A DNA stretch of 64,000 nucleotides, from positions 2,170,001-2,234,000 of the forward strand of contig NIVC01000001.1 in the NCBI GenBank assembly GCA_002269645.1, written 5' to 3'. Source of the stretch: Macrostomum lignano. Taxonomy: Eukaryota. A program made the translations under genes and the position numbers. Shown one piece after another: positions 21,527-39,430 of the stretch (position 1 is its first letter; each line of letters opens with the position of its first letter). The notes beneath the pieces are model-generated. The model saw nothing but the letters and a program-made list of their open reading frames with translations. It ran no database searches and was not told the origin of the DNA.

Positions 21527-24161
21527 TTCACTCGTCTCCGAGTTTGGCCCCATCGAGCTCGAAAGACCAACATAAATTTAATTTTGCGACCCTTGTGCTT
21601 GACGCAATCCTAGATTGCTTAGCAGCTTAGCTGAGTTTAAATAATGGTCGAAGAGAGCAGAGTATGCATTTTTGCCCCAGCACAGACGTCATTCATTATT
21701 CCACACTTATTTCATGCTAATGCAAAGTTAAGGATGGATAAATAGATAATGCAGGTGGGAAAGCAGTCGCATGATGAAATTTTTACATGGAATAACTGTA
21801 GAATGGGGGGCAGTTGTGGAGCAATGGCGAAAACGCAATTGCTCCTGGGTGAAAGCAAATTGCGTATCAAATACAGTAAAACATGCTTCGCACACTTGTA
21901 TCAGATTTCATTGACCAATATTTTTTGTTTATTCAAACAGTCTCTCAGCTTGTAAACCGTTTTTTCAATCACTATAATGTACGAGCCCTTTAGGTCGATA
22001 GACACAGCAATAAATTGTTTAAAAAACGGACGTCACACTTCAAACTGATGGAAATTTATGTGAAAGCTTGATTTTGCTTGAAGATGAACTGCTACAGTAA
22101 ACCGGCAACCAGGGTCGCAGAAAATACACACGCGTCCTGGTGACAATGCCCTAACTGGGTAGGGGGCAGAGGGAGAGAGAGGACTGGCTGCACAGCCATG
22201 CTAAAACAATGGGGTTAGAAAAACCTGGGGTGAAAGACGACGAATGGACAGCCAATAGGAGGGCACAGCGAGTAAGGACATTACTATACTTGAGGGGATG
22301 AGAAAATCCCAGGAGCCAGATGTAAGAGTGGCTTTAGAGGTATAAGAAATCGATATTTGTGTGGGGTGGAGTTGCGCCTGAAGAATAAAAAGCGTGCAAG
22401 CTGATTGGCTGCAGGGTGAGGGAGATGCATTGTACAACTCGGGGGTAGAGAGTTAAATAGTGTACGGTCAGGGGGTAGAGAGTTAAATGGTGTACGGTCA
22501 GCAAGAGCAAAAAATAAGTTACGAATGTGGAACAGGTGGGGGAAGGTCACAGAGAGAGAGAGAGAGAGAGAAAGAGAGAGCTGGAAACGAGCAGCCAATC
22601 AGCGCGAGGGCAGATAAAGCATCATTGGGGCAGCTAAAGTACAGTACGGGCCAGGCCAATACATTCGATCACAAAGGAACGTCTCGGCTTTAGCTAGCTG
22701 GCTGATTGAAAACGGGTCCCTGTCGGGAGTCTCTCCGTTTCTCCCCCTGTTCTTTGCCACCCTCCTCCTAATTTTGCCCCAGCCTAGCAGCTATCAGAAT
22801 CAAAACAGATCTTTTTATTAGACGCAGGATTGTCTGCGCTCTGGCACAAATGAAGCGACATTGTCACACAACCGGCAAGAGGCATTGCTGCCCATTCCGC
22901 CGACTCCCTTGAGAAGGCACAGAAGCTTGCGGATACACGCTTGTAGAATATTTATTGCCGTTCGCGGGATAAATTTTATGTAGGAGCTGAAAATTTGACT
23001 TTCTTAGAGTTAAAACTCCACCAGCACTGGAATTTTAAAAATTGGACTCAAAACTTTTTTGTATCATTCGATATCGTTTACCGTCCGTGAGGATTTAGTA
23101 GTCCGAGAGTGCAGCATGCACTACAGCAGACAATGTTTAACGATATCATTTTTTATATTTTTGTCTTTAGAAAGCTATTACTCTTAAGCTAAAGGCCTAG
23201 CTTAACGCTAAGATTTATCTTCATCCAACAATTTTATTACAAATATACATACTTGATTCAAGAACGAAAAAAACAAGTTTGGCTTGGTCTTAAAAAATGA
23301 AAATGAAACTTTCACTACACAGCTATATAAAATACAACAGAGTTACATGTTGTGCATCCTTAACTAAAGGAATGGTAATCTTCACTAACTCATTTCAAAT
23401 GAAATTATTGGTTTTGTGTAGAAAAAAAAATCTTTTTTCGAGAAGCTTGGCTTCCTAAAAGAATTACACGATCTTTGAATGCAACGTCACAGAAGCGCAC
23501 ACAGAAGACTGCAACCAGAAAGCGCCGATGCACTGATGCACGCGCAACAGAGCAGGTGTGCACTTCTCATGACAGGCCAACCGACGCCAAGCCAGAACCT
23601 CGACAGCACTGGCGCTATCATCCTCGGGCAACAGCGATGGGGCCAGAAGCTTCAGTAGCCGCTGTTTTACTCTCTAGTCCGAAGCCCTGCGGCTGATGAA
23701 CGGCTGTAGACCGAATGTCAGCCTGGCACACCCTGTCGCCAAGCAAGCTTGACGTACCCATTTCAGGTACAGTTGACTTATGCCGCTTATGTCATGTGCA
23801 CTTAATAATGCGTCCAACAAAGGAATGACTTCTTCCGAAGTGTGACAGCTCACATAGGGTTATTCACATAGTTTCGACGAGTTTCGGTTGACTCATACCA
23901 TTTTTTTTCTTCGATGTAATTGGAGTAAATAAAAGAGTTTGTATATAAAACTCGTCTGAGTCGACCGAAACGCATCACAACCTTGCAAAAAAACCTTGAT
24001 GAGGGGTTCAATAGTCGATATTTGGCCTAATCTTGTAGCTAAACCGTTTACGAGTAATACCCGCTAAAAACGTTTTACAATTGGATTGGATTGCCACATT
24101 GCTCTTTATTGCTCAATTGAAGCGACGCTATTCACCGCAATTTGACTTTATCCGAAGTACC

Positions 24162-24433
24162 TGTTTAGGAGTTGGCTTATATGTACGAGTGTACTTTTCA
24201 TTCACCTACGCGTAACTTTCATATCAGAGATTTTGATATACGTACGTTTCAGCCCCAGCCCCCATTTATAATGTTCAGCAGCACCCACCCCATTTATTTA
24301 AAATTATTGCAATATATAGTTATCAGTCTCTCCAGAGAGAGTGCGCAGGCTGGTTGTTTTGTTCGGTTGGCTAGTAGCCGAAAAATAGTCGCTTACTGCG
24401 AAGACTCAATTTATTGAATGAACCATCAAAACA
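24162..24433 (+). repeat. 5' LTR of the Bel/Pao element (272 bp)
   Basis: TGTTT/AAACA inverted termini, flanked by the TSD and the PBS. TATA-like AATATATAG near 24311. Confidence 0.9.
24377..24420 (+). other. Spliced-leader-like sequence inside the LTR
   Basis: GCCGAAAAATAGTCGCTTACTGCGAAGACTCAATTTATTGAATG versus the Macrostomum lignano SL as I recall it, GCCGTAAAGACGGTCTCTTACTGCGAAGACTCAATTTATTGCATG. The last 29 nt differ at one position. The reference is from memory and needs verification. Confidence 0.65.
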
Positions 24434-24435
24434 TC

Positions 24436-24453
24436 TGGTAGCAGAGCGTGGTT
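24436..24453 (+). promoter_or_regulatory. Primer-binding site, complementary to the 3' end of initiator tRNA-Met
   Basis: TGGTAGCAGAGCGTGGTT, 2 nt downstream of the LTR end. TGGTAGCAGAG is the reverse complement of the conserved CTCTGCTACCA end of tRNA-iMet. Confidence 0.85.
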
Positions 24454-24495
24454 CTACTTGTGGTTCTACTTGTGGTTCTACTTCATTGGTAAAAA

Positions 24496-27400
24496 ATGTC
24501 TGATGAAGAAGCAGAGATGCAAGAACAAGTGCCGGAGGGAGACAGCCGTCTCATTTCGCTGAAGGCCAGAAAAGCGGTCGACAAGTGCGCGTTCACGAAG
24601 CAGCGGAATCGTCTACTGAAGGTATTGGGCTCGGACGGAGCTACTTTAGCGGACGTGGAACCGCTGGCCGGCACTCTGGATGACCACTACGAGCGAGTTA
24701 GTGCGGTGCTACAAGCGATTCTGCCCGAGGTCGTCGGGAATCTACCAGTGCAAGTCCAGACAGTAAAGGAGTTGGAGAAGCTGGAGACTGAGTACGGTGA
24801 GATTGTAAATTTGCTGAGAGAATTGCGCAAGAGGGAACGAGAGGTACGACTAGAGTCGAGGGAGATCGAGCAGAAAGAGATGCGACAGAAGGAGTTGGAG
24901 GCAGTCAGGCGGCAGCGGATAGAGATGGAGGAGGAGGAGCGCAGAATGCAGCAGGAGTTTGCAGAGAGGCAGCGCGAGTTAGATGTCAGATTGGATGCGC
25001 TAAGACTGGCAGAGACGTCAGCGATCAGTGCAAATGATCAATTGTACTCCTCTCAACTACGGGTAGAAGCGGCCGTCCAATCGCAAGCTGCGTACTCAGT
25101 ACCAGTCGCCAACCCCATGGTTCAAGCCGACCCTTCAGTCAACCCCTTAATTGGGGGAGTGTCAGATCAACTAAGGAGCGCTGAGCAAGGGGGTGAGAGA
25201 GTAAAGGCCGGAGAAAAATCAATACCACCCACCCCAACTGGCGGCAAGTGTGACCACGCTGATTCTAACCAACCCCGCGGACAGCTAGGTATCCAAGCTA
25301 TGTACGGTGGAGCTAATTCGCCAATTGGGGCTTCACCGGCCGCCGCAGCAGAATGTACAGCGAAAGCTTGGGCTGAGGAAAGAATCGGTCAGGATATGTG
25401 GAGGCAGTTGCAGAGAGTTGCGATACCGGTGTTTAGTGGAGACAAACGGGAGTTTGAAGGATGGCGGGCGGCTTTCTATGCCTGCGTGCATGCCTCGCCA
25501 TCTTCAGAAGCCTATAAGTTGTTGCAATTGCGCCAGTCGCTGCGAGGAGAGGCATTAAAACTTGTTGCGAATCTTGGCTACTCGGAGTTCGCCTACAAAG
25601 CGGCTCTGGAAAGGCTTGAGCGGGAGTATGGTGGAGAGAGACGAAGACTGATGCTGGCACTGGAGGACTTGGATAGTTTCCAACCTATTCAGATAGAGAA
25701 TGCAAGTCAATTAAAAAAGCTGGCCAACTTGCTGGATGTTACGGTAGTAAATCTACAGGCTGCAGGGCGAGAGAGTGAGCTAAGCAACAATGGACTTATG
25801 TACTTGAGAGTGCAAAAGAAGCTGCCAACCGAAACCCTAGCTCGTTTTCATCGGTGGATCGGAGAAGCTAGGAAAGAAGATTCGCTCAGAACGTTGCATC
25901 GATGGCTTCTGACGGAGGCAGAGTACATGACAGTAGCGTGTGAGGCGGTAAGAGGCGTGGCTTCTTCCGGTGAGACCGGACGGCACGACAGTGTAAAAGC
26001 CAAGAAAACTGTTTCCCGAGGGGCAGCCACAGCACGCTCGTTTTTTGTGAAGACGAATGATTCGAATAGCCAAAACAAAGAACAGGCGGAAGGGCGAAAA
26101 GGTTGTGGTCTCTGCGGAGAACAGCACGGAGTTTGGAGCTGCCCAAGGTTTCAACGAATGGAACCTGGAGCCAGATGGGCGATGGTTCGTGACAAGCGCC
26201 TGTGCTTCTGCTGCTTGGGAGCAAACCATCTAGCCGGTGCGTGCAAGCGAGCGAGAGTGTGCGGTGTTGATGGCTGCAAAGCAAACCATAATCGGCTGCT
26301 GCATCAACGAGGGCCGGCGGCGACAACGGCGAATCCGCATGAAGGGGGGTCGCCCAAAACGATCGAAAGACCAAAGTCCTTCCAGGAGAAGAAGAGCACA
26401 GTTCAAGAGCCGCAAGAGGCATGCACTTTACTGGCCAGAACATCGCCGTCAATAGCGCTGAGGACTGTGCCCGTGATTTTATCCAACGGCGGTCGGGAAG
26501 TCCGAGTGAATGTCTTGCTGGACGACGCTAGCACCCGGTCGTACCTGAACTCTGACGTTGCAGCGGAACTCGGCTTGGAAGGCAACCTCGAACCGATGAC
26601 GGTAAAGGTTCTGAACGGCCAGGTGAGCACCTTTCAGACGGTTCCGGTTGAGGTCGACATCCGCAGTCTGGACGGCGCCTTTCGTGCCACAGTTACGGCC
26701 CACACAACTGAGAAAGTGACCGGTGGGATGGAAGCCGTAGATTGGAGCCAGCTTGCAAAGCGTTGGGCTCATCTGAGGGGCGTGCCGTTCGACAAAATTA
26801 AAGGGAAGCAGACTGTGGATATGCTCATTGGTGTGGACAATGCAGACTTGCACTTTGCCTGTCGCGAAGTAGGTGGGCAACCTGGAGAGCCGATTGCCAG
26901 ACTGACGCCAATTGGGTGGACCTGCGTTGGACCAGTGAATCAAGTAGGAACTGCAGAAGAGCAGCAGCAGCAGACATTCTTTACGGTGACGGCGGAGAAC
27001 GAGGCATCTGATCTTCTGCGGAAGATGTGGGAGATCGATGAAGTGCCAGATGGAGGACAGCAGGCCAGAATGTCCGCTGAAGATCAAAAGATCGTAGAAG
27101 CGACGCGAGCATCCTTGAAGATGGAGAACGGCAGGTTTCAAGTGGCGATTCCTTGGAAAAAGAATCCGGAAGAACTACCTATGAACAACGAAGCTGCCCT
27201 ACAGCGTCTCGTCAGCACAGAAAAGCGCTTGCTGAAGAACCCGGAGCTAGCGAAGGCGTACCAGGCTGTGATAGACAAGCATCTGGCAAAAGGCTATGTG
27301 CGGGAGGTCGGCATCAGCGAGCCAAGTCAGGCTGGCCAGTGGTTCTTGCCGCATTTCGCGATAGTGCGGGCCGATAAGGAGACGACCAAAGTTCGAATTG

Positions 27401-29304
27401 TGTTTGATGCAGCGGCTCGGAGCAATGGGGTCTGCCTAAATGACACCATTCATACGGGACCGAAGTTGCAGCAGGATTTGCTAAAGGTGCTCCTACGGTT
27501 CCGGAAGCATCCCGTGGCGCTAGCAGCCGACATCGAGGAGATGTATCTGAGAGTTCGAATTGCGCCGGAGGACAGAAGATTTTTCCGATTTCTGTGGCGA
27601 GACTTAGACTTGAAGCAAACGCCGAAGAGCTATGAGTTCTGCAGTGTGGTATTTGGCGTAAACTGCTCTCCGTTTCTGGCTCAGTTTGTGGCACAGGAGA
27701 ATGCGCGACACTATCAGCAACAGCTGCCGCTGGCGGCCAACACCGTGCTGCATTCCACTTATATGGACGACAGTCTAGACTCCGTAGAAACCGTTGGCCA
27801 AGCGGTGAAACTCTTCCAACAACTCGTAGAATTATGGAGCAAGGCAGGGATGCGAGCTTGCAAATGGATGTCGAATTCGTTAGAAGTGCTGCAACACGTT
27901 CCAGTCGAGGACCGCGCAGAACGCGCCGAGTTGCTATTGAAAGGTGAGGCCCGAACCGCTAAGGCGCTTGGAGTGAATTGGAATGCGAAAGAGGACGTCC
28001 TAGGAATTTCCATCAGCGAGTCGAATGCTAGCGGCAAGATGATGACAAAGAGACTGCTTTTGCGCTGTGTGGCCGAGGTGTTTGACCCCTGTGGCTTCCT
28101 AGCTCCGGTAGTTATCATAGGAAAGATAATGCTGCAGTTGGCATGGCAACAAGGTGTTGGGTGGGATGAAGCGTTGGATCCTGAGTTGGCTGATCAAGCG
28201 TTTCAGTGGACCAGTGAGCTCTCCAAAGCTACGAGACTAGCCGTGCCTCGGTGTCTGCGTCCAGACAACGGATCCATCGAACTTCACTCATTTGTAGACG
28301 CATCGCAAGAGGCCTACGGAGCCGTCGTATATCTACGGAGCGAAACGATGAGTAAGACGACGGTCCGTTTCGTTGCTGCAAAGGCTAAGGTAGCACCATT
28401 GATGGCGGTGAGCATCCCTCGACTGGAGTTGATGGCGGCAGTCCTAGGACTTCGGCTCGCAAGGGCAGTGGCCGAGGCGTTAGAGATCGCGATTGAGTCT
28501 GTGGTGTTTTGGAGTGACAGTCACAATGTGCTTTGGTGGATTCGCAGGCAGAGTAGAGCGTTCAAGCCTTTCGTTGCGAACCGAGTCGCCTTCATCCAGC
28601 AGCAGGTGCAGCCAAATCAATGGCGGTACGTTCCAACAGGTCTGAATCCAGCGGATGTGGCATCCCGTGGCTGCAGTGTGCAAGAGCTGATGGACAACGA
28701 GCTGTGGTGGAACGGCCCTGGATTCTTGGCGAGGTGCTCAAACGATTGGCCAGAAACGCCGATTCCAGTTGCGCCAGAAACTACTGAGGCGAATACCCGT
28801 CGAAGAGAGCTAGCAAGCATCCAGAAGCGTTGTGCAGAGCCCGTATGTCTGGTCACCACCGATGAAGAAGACAAGACAGGCTGGCGACTCAAACCAGAGC
28901 GATTCTCTAGTTTCCATCGACTGCAGCGCGTCTTCGCTTGGGTGTTGCGGTTCATTCGGAACTGTCAGAAGGAGAAGTATCAGCGGAGCGGCGGTGAGCT
29001 GTTGGTGGATGAGCTCGAGGAGGTCGAGGAGCGTTTGGTAAGGTTAGCTCAGGAGGAAGCGTTCAAGACGGATACAGTGAACGAGAAGAAGCTGCGGTGC
29101 TTGCAGCCGGTACGTGATGCAGCAGGAGTCCTACGAGTGGATGGCCGGTTGAAATTCAGGCCACAGGCGCCATTTGCAGCAAGACATCCATCTATTTTGC
29201 CGCGGAAGCATTGGATCACCAAGCTGATCATCAAACAATATCACGATTTTTATCACAATTTATTGAATGAACCATCAAAACAGTACCAACATTTCTGGGA
29301 CTGA
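24496..29304 (+). CDS. Bel/Pao gag-protease-RT-RNase H polyprotein (1602 aa), truncated at the start of integrase
   Basis: Three Cys-His boxes (CGLCGEQH, CFCCLGANH, CGVDGCKANH), protease LLDDAS, RT YMDD, RNase H FVDAS / IPRLEL / NPADVASRG. Homology stops at KLIIKQYHD; the ORF then reads through the LTR stub and TSD. Confidence 0.93.
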   Translation: MSDEEAEMQEQVPEGDSRLISLKARKAVDKCAFTKQRNRLLKVLGSDGATLADVEPLAGTLDDHYERVSAVLQAILPEVVGNLPVQVQTVKELEKLETEYGEIVNLLRELRKREREVRLESREIEQKEMRQKELEAVRRQRIEMEEEERRMQQEFAERQRELDVRLDALRLAETSAISANDQLYSSQLRVEAAVQSQAAYSVPVANPMVQADPSVNPLIGGVSDQLRSAEQGGERVKAGEKSIPPTPTGGKCDHADSNQPRGQLGIQAMYGGANSPIGASPAAAAECTAKAWAEERIGQDMWRQLQRVAIPVFSGDKREFEGWRAAFYACVHASPSSEAYKLLQLRQSLRGEALKLVANLGYSEFAYKAALERLEREYGGERRRLMLALEDLDSFQPIQIENASQLKKLANLLDVTVVNLQAAGRESELSNNGLMYLRVQKKLPTETLARFHRWIGEARKEDSLRTLHRWLLTEAEYMTVACEAVRGVASSGETGRHDSVKAKKTVSRGAATARSFFVKTNDSNSQNKEQAEGRKGCGLCGEQHGVWSCPRFQRMEPGARWAMVRDKRLCFCCLGANHLAGACKRARVCGVDGCKANHNRLLHQRGPAATTANPHEGGSPKTIERPKSFQEKKSTVQEPQEACTLLARTSPSIALRTVPVILSNGGREVRVNVLLDDASTRSYLNSDVAAELGLEGNLEPMTVKVLNGQVSTFQTVPVEVDIRSLDGAFRATVTAHTTEKVTGGMEAVDWSQLAKRWAHLRGVPFDKIKGKQTVDMLIGVDNADLHFACREVGGQPGEPIARLTPIGWTCVGPVNQVGTAEEQQQQTFFTVTAENEASDLLRKMWEIDEVPDGGQQARMSAEDQKIVEATRASLKMENGRFQVAIPWKKNPEELPMNNEAALQRLVSTEKRLLKNPELAKAYQAVIDKHLAKGYVREVGISEPSQAGQWFLPHFAIVRADKETTKVRIVFDAAARSNGVCLNDTIHTGPKLQQDLLKVLLRFRKHPVALAADIEEMYLRVRIAPEDRRFFRFLWRDLDLKQTPKSYEFCSVVFGVNCSPFLAQFVAQENARHYQQQLPLAANTVLHSTYMDDSLDSVETVGQAVKLFQQLVELWSKAGMRACKWMSNSLEVLQHVPVEDRAERAELLLKGEARTAKALGVNWNAKEDVLGISISESNASGKMMTKRLLLRCVAEVFDPCGFLAPVVIIGKIMLQLAWQQGVGWDEALDPELADQAFQWTSELSKATRLAVPRCLRPDNGSIELHSFVDASQEAYGAVVYLRSETMSKTTVRFVAAKAKVAPLMAVSIPRLELMAAVLGLRLARAVAEALEIAIESVVFWSDSHNVLWWIRRQSRAFKPFVANRVAFIQQQVQPNQWRYVPTGLNPADVASRGCSVQELMDNELWWNGPGFLARCSNDWPETPIPVAPETTEANTRRRELASIQKRCAEPVCLVTTDEEDKTGWRLKPERFSSFHRLQRVFAWVLRFIRNCQKEKYQRSGGELLVDELEEVEERLVRLAQEEAFKTDTVNEKKLRCLQPVRDAAGVLRVDGRLKFRPQAPFAARHPSILPRKHWITKLIIKQYHDFYHNLLNEPSKQYQHFWD

Positions 29305-29608
29305 CTTTCCGCTTCGTAGGCTGGTCCCAACCATGGAGAAAAGAATAGAAAGAAAGAAACTATTCTTTCCTCCATGGTCCCAACGCATTCTCATCTCACT
29401 TCCCAAACTTTTTGAGAGCGCAAAAAGTCTGTGGCCCAAGCAGAGGTTCTTAGCCAGATATACGAGACGAGTTCGTAAAGAAGTCTATGCAAAAATCGCA
29501 AGCAGACTTGACACTGAAAGGTAACACCATCTGCACGTGACCTGCGTGCTCAGCGAATCTATTCATATTTATAAGAAAGGCACTACAGTAGAGCCAGCTA
29601 TCCAGAGT

Positions 29609-31068
29609 ATGGAGTTCGTCAAGCTTCCAATGCACGTGTGGCTCGATACGGAGTTCTTCTCGGCCGATTGGACCATCGTGTTGAACTCGCAGAAGGCTTT
29701 CAGGGTAAACAGCAAAGTCCTGGCTCGCTACTCTCGCTATTTCTACAAGCTGTTCGCCTCTGCAATACGCGCTGCACAGCCTGCCATGACTGCCGTGACC
29801 TATTCCGACCCGCTGGACTTCAGCAACCTGATGGCCTACCTTCACTACATAGATGAGCACCGAGACAGCGAGCGCGTGCCAACAGAAACCAACGCTGCTG
29901 ATGACAGCATGAATGAGCAGTTCCTTGGGAGTCTCATGCAGGACGCCGACCTACTCAAGAGACGCCTCAGCTTGGCGAAGCACTTCGAGATACCCTTCCT
30001 GATTGACGCAATCGTGAGCACTGCGATCAAGAAGCTCAGTCCCTATAACTGCTGGATGGTGATGACTACAGCTGTTGATCCTGAGTGCACCTGCAAGCTT
30101 TTGTACGATTTCGCTAAGGATTTCATTCTGGAGCACTTTGTCGCTGCAACCGAACAGCCGCAGTTTGTTAAGCTGTGCTCGGTGAACAGCTGTGCGAGCT
30201 GATTGACAGCAAGTACCTGAACGTGCCAGCCGAGATCGTCATCTTCGATGTCATTTGCCGGTGGATCGAGACGGAGCAGCTCGACCGTAGCAAGTACTTC
30301 TGTGACCTGGTTCGCCGAATAAGACACTTCATGATAACTGACGCTCAGCTGCAGGAGATGTCCGCTCACCATCTGGCCCAAACAGCAGAGTGGCAGTCCA
30401 TACTGAGTACATACTTCGGGAAAGACAGAACTGCAGACAGCAGAGAGAAGCAACGGAGCCGGCTTCCTCGCCAGGTCGTCTTCCTGTGCGGCGGCTTGCT
30501 GCTGCACGAGAGAAACAGAAACTGCAGCACCAAGGCCGTGCAGATTTTCGATCCGGTGCTGTCTGAGACTATCGCTCACGAGAATTTCTCACCGGCTTTG
30601 AACTGCCGAACGAGTAATGCCGTTTGTGTAGCACTCAACAACAGCGTGTACTTGATAGGCGGCCTGGTGCTCCGAAGCGAATATCATATCAATGCTGAGG
30701 TCACCAATGACGTACTCGTTTTCGATTTGCGACTCCGGATCTGGCGTGCAGCTTGCCCGATGACGACGCCACGATTCAGCGCCTGCGGCTGCGTGTGCGA
30801 CAACAGCATCTACGTGATGGGCGGCTCGTCGCCTGGGTGGAATGACACCGGTGGCAATATCGTTGAGCAATACGACTTGGCCAGCAACAGTTGGCGCTTT
30901 GTCAGCTTTATGCTGCAGACCAGAACCAGCGCCGGGGCAGCCAGCCTTGGCGGGCTGGTGTACGTCTGCGGCGGGGTTGATCGGGACACCATGGAACGCT
31001 TCGACCCGAAACAAAACCAGTGGACTCTGCTGACTGCAACTCTGCCAATGAGATCGGCCGGATTGGCG
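29609..31068 (+). CDS. Kelch-like paralog C, exon 1 (1-bp frameshift at about 30181, real or assembly error)
   Basis: Nearly identical to paralog B across BTB-BACK. B has CTCGGGTGAA where C has CTCGGTGAA. The kelch region continues in ORF 30175-31092 to the donor GCG|gtaagt at 31068/31069. Confidence 0.8.
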
Positions 31069-31095
31069 GTAAGTCTCCGCTACTGGATTTAATAG

Positions 31096-39310
<8,215 letters not shown>

Positions 39311-39389
39311 TTCATAAGGCAGTTTGAAACTGCAAACCACGCACTCGGAAGATATTGAAGGTTACCAGTTGTCGAATGTTCGAAAAAAA

Positions 39390-39430
39390 AAACCGATATT
39401 TCGGCCCAGACTGGGCCTTCGTCAGGGTTT
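39390..39430 (-). ncRNA. Minimal type I hammerhead ribozyme, copy 1
   Basis: Minus-strand RNA reads AAACC CUGACGA A GGCCCAG-U-CUGGGCC GAAA UA UC^GGUUU. Full catalytic core, stem I AAACC/GGUUU, GC-rich stem II, palindromic AUAU stem III. Predicted cleavage between 39395 and 39394. Confidence 0.85.

Larger units (their letters stand above)
24162..29282 (+). mobile_element. Bel/Pao LTR retrotransposon lacking integrase and most of the 3' LTR
   Basis: 5-bp TSD GTACC at 24157-24161 and 29283-29287. 5' LTR 24162-24433 (TGTTT...AAACA). PBS at 24436. Only the last 27 bp of the 3' LTR remain (29256-29282, identical to the 5' LTR end). Confidence 0.95.

Noticed and set aside
23690-23725. CTGATGA...CCGAATGTCAGCC hammerhead-like string
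   Set aside because: GAAU replaces GAAA, stem II has only 2 bp and there is no proper stem I; it is a simple inverted repeat.
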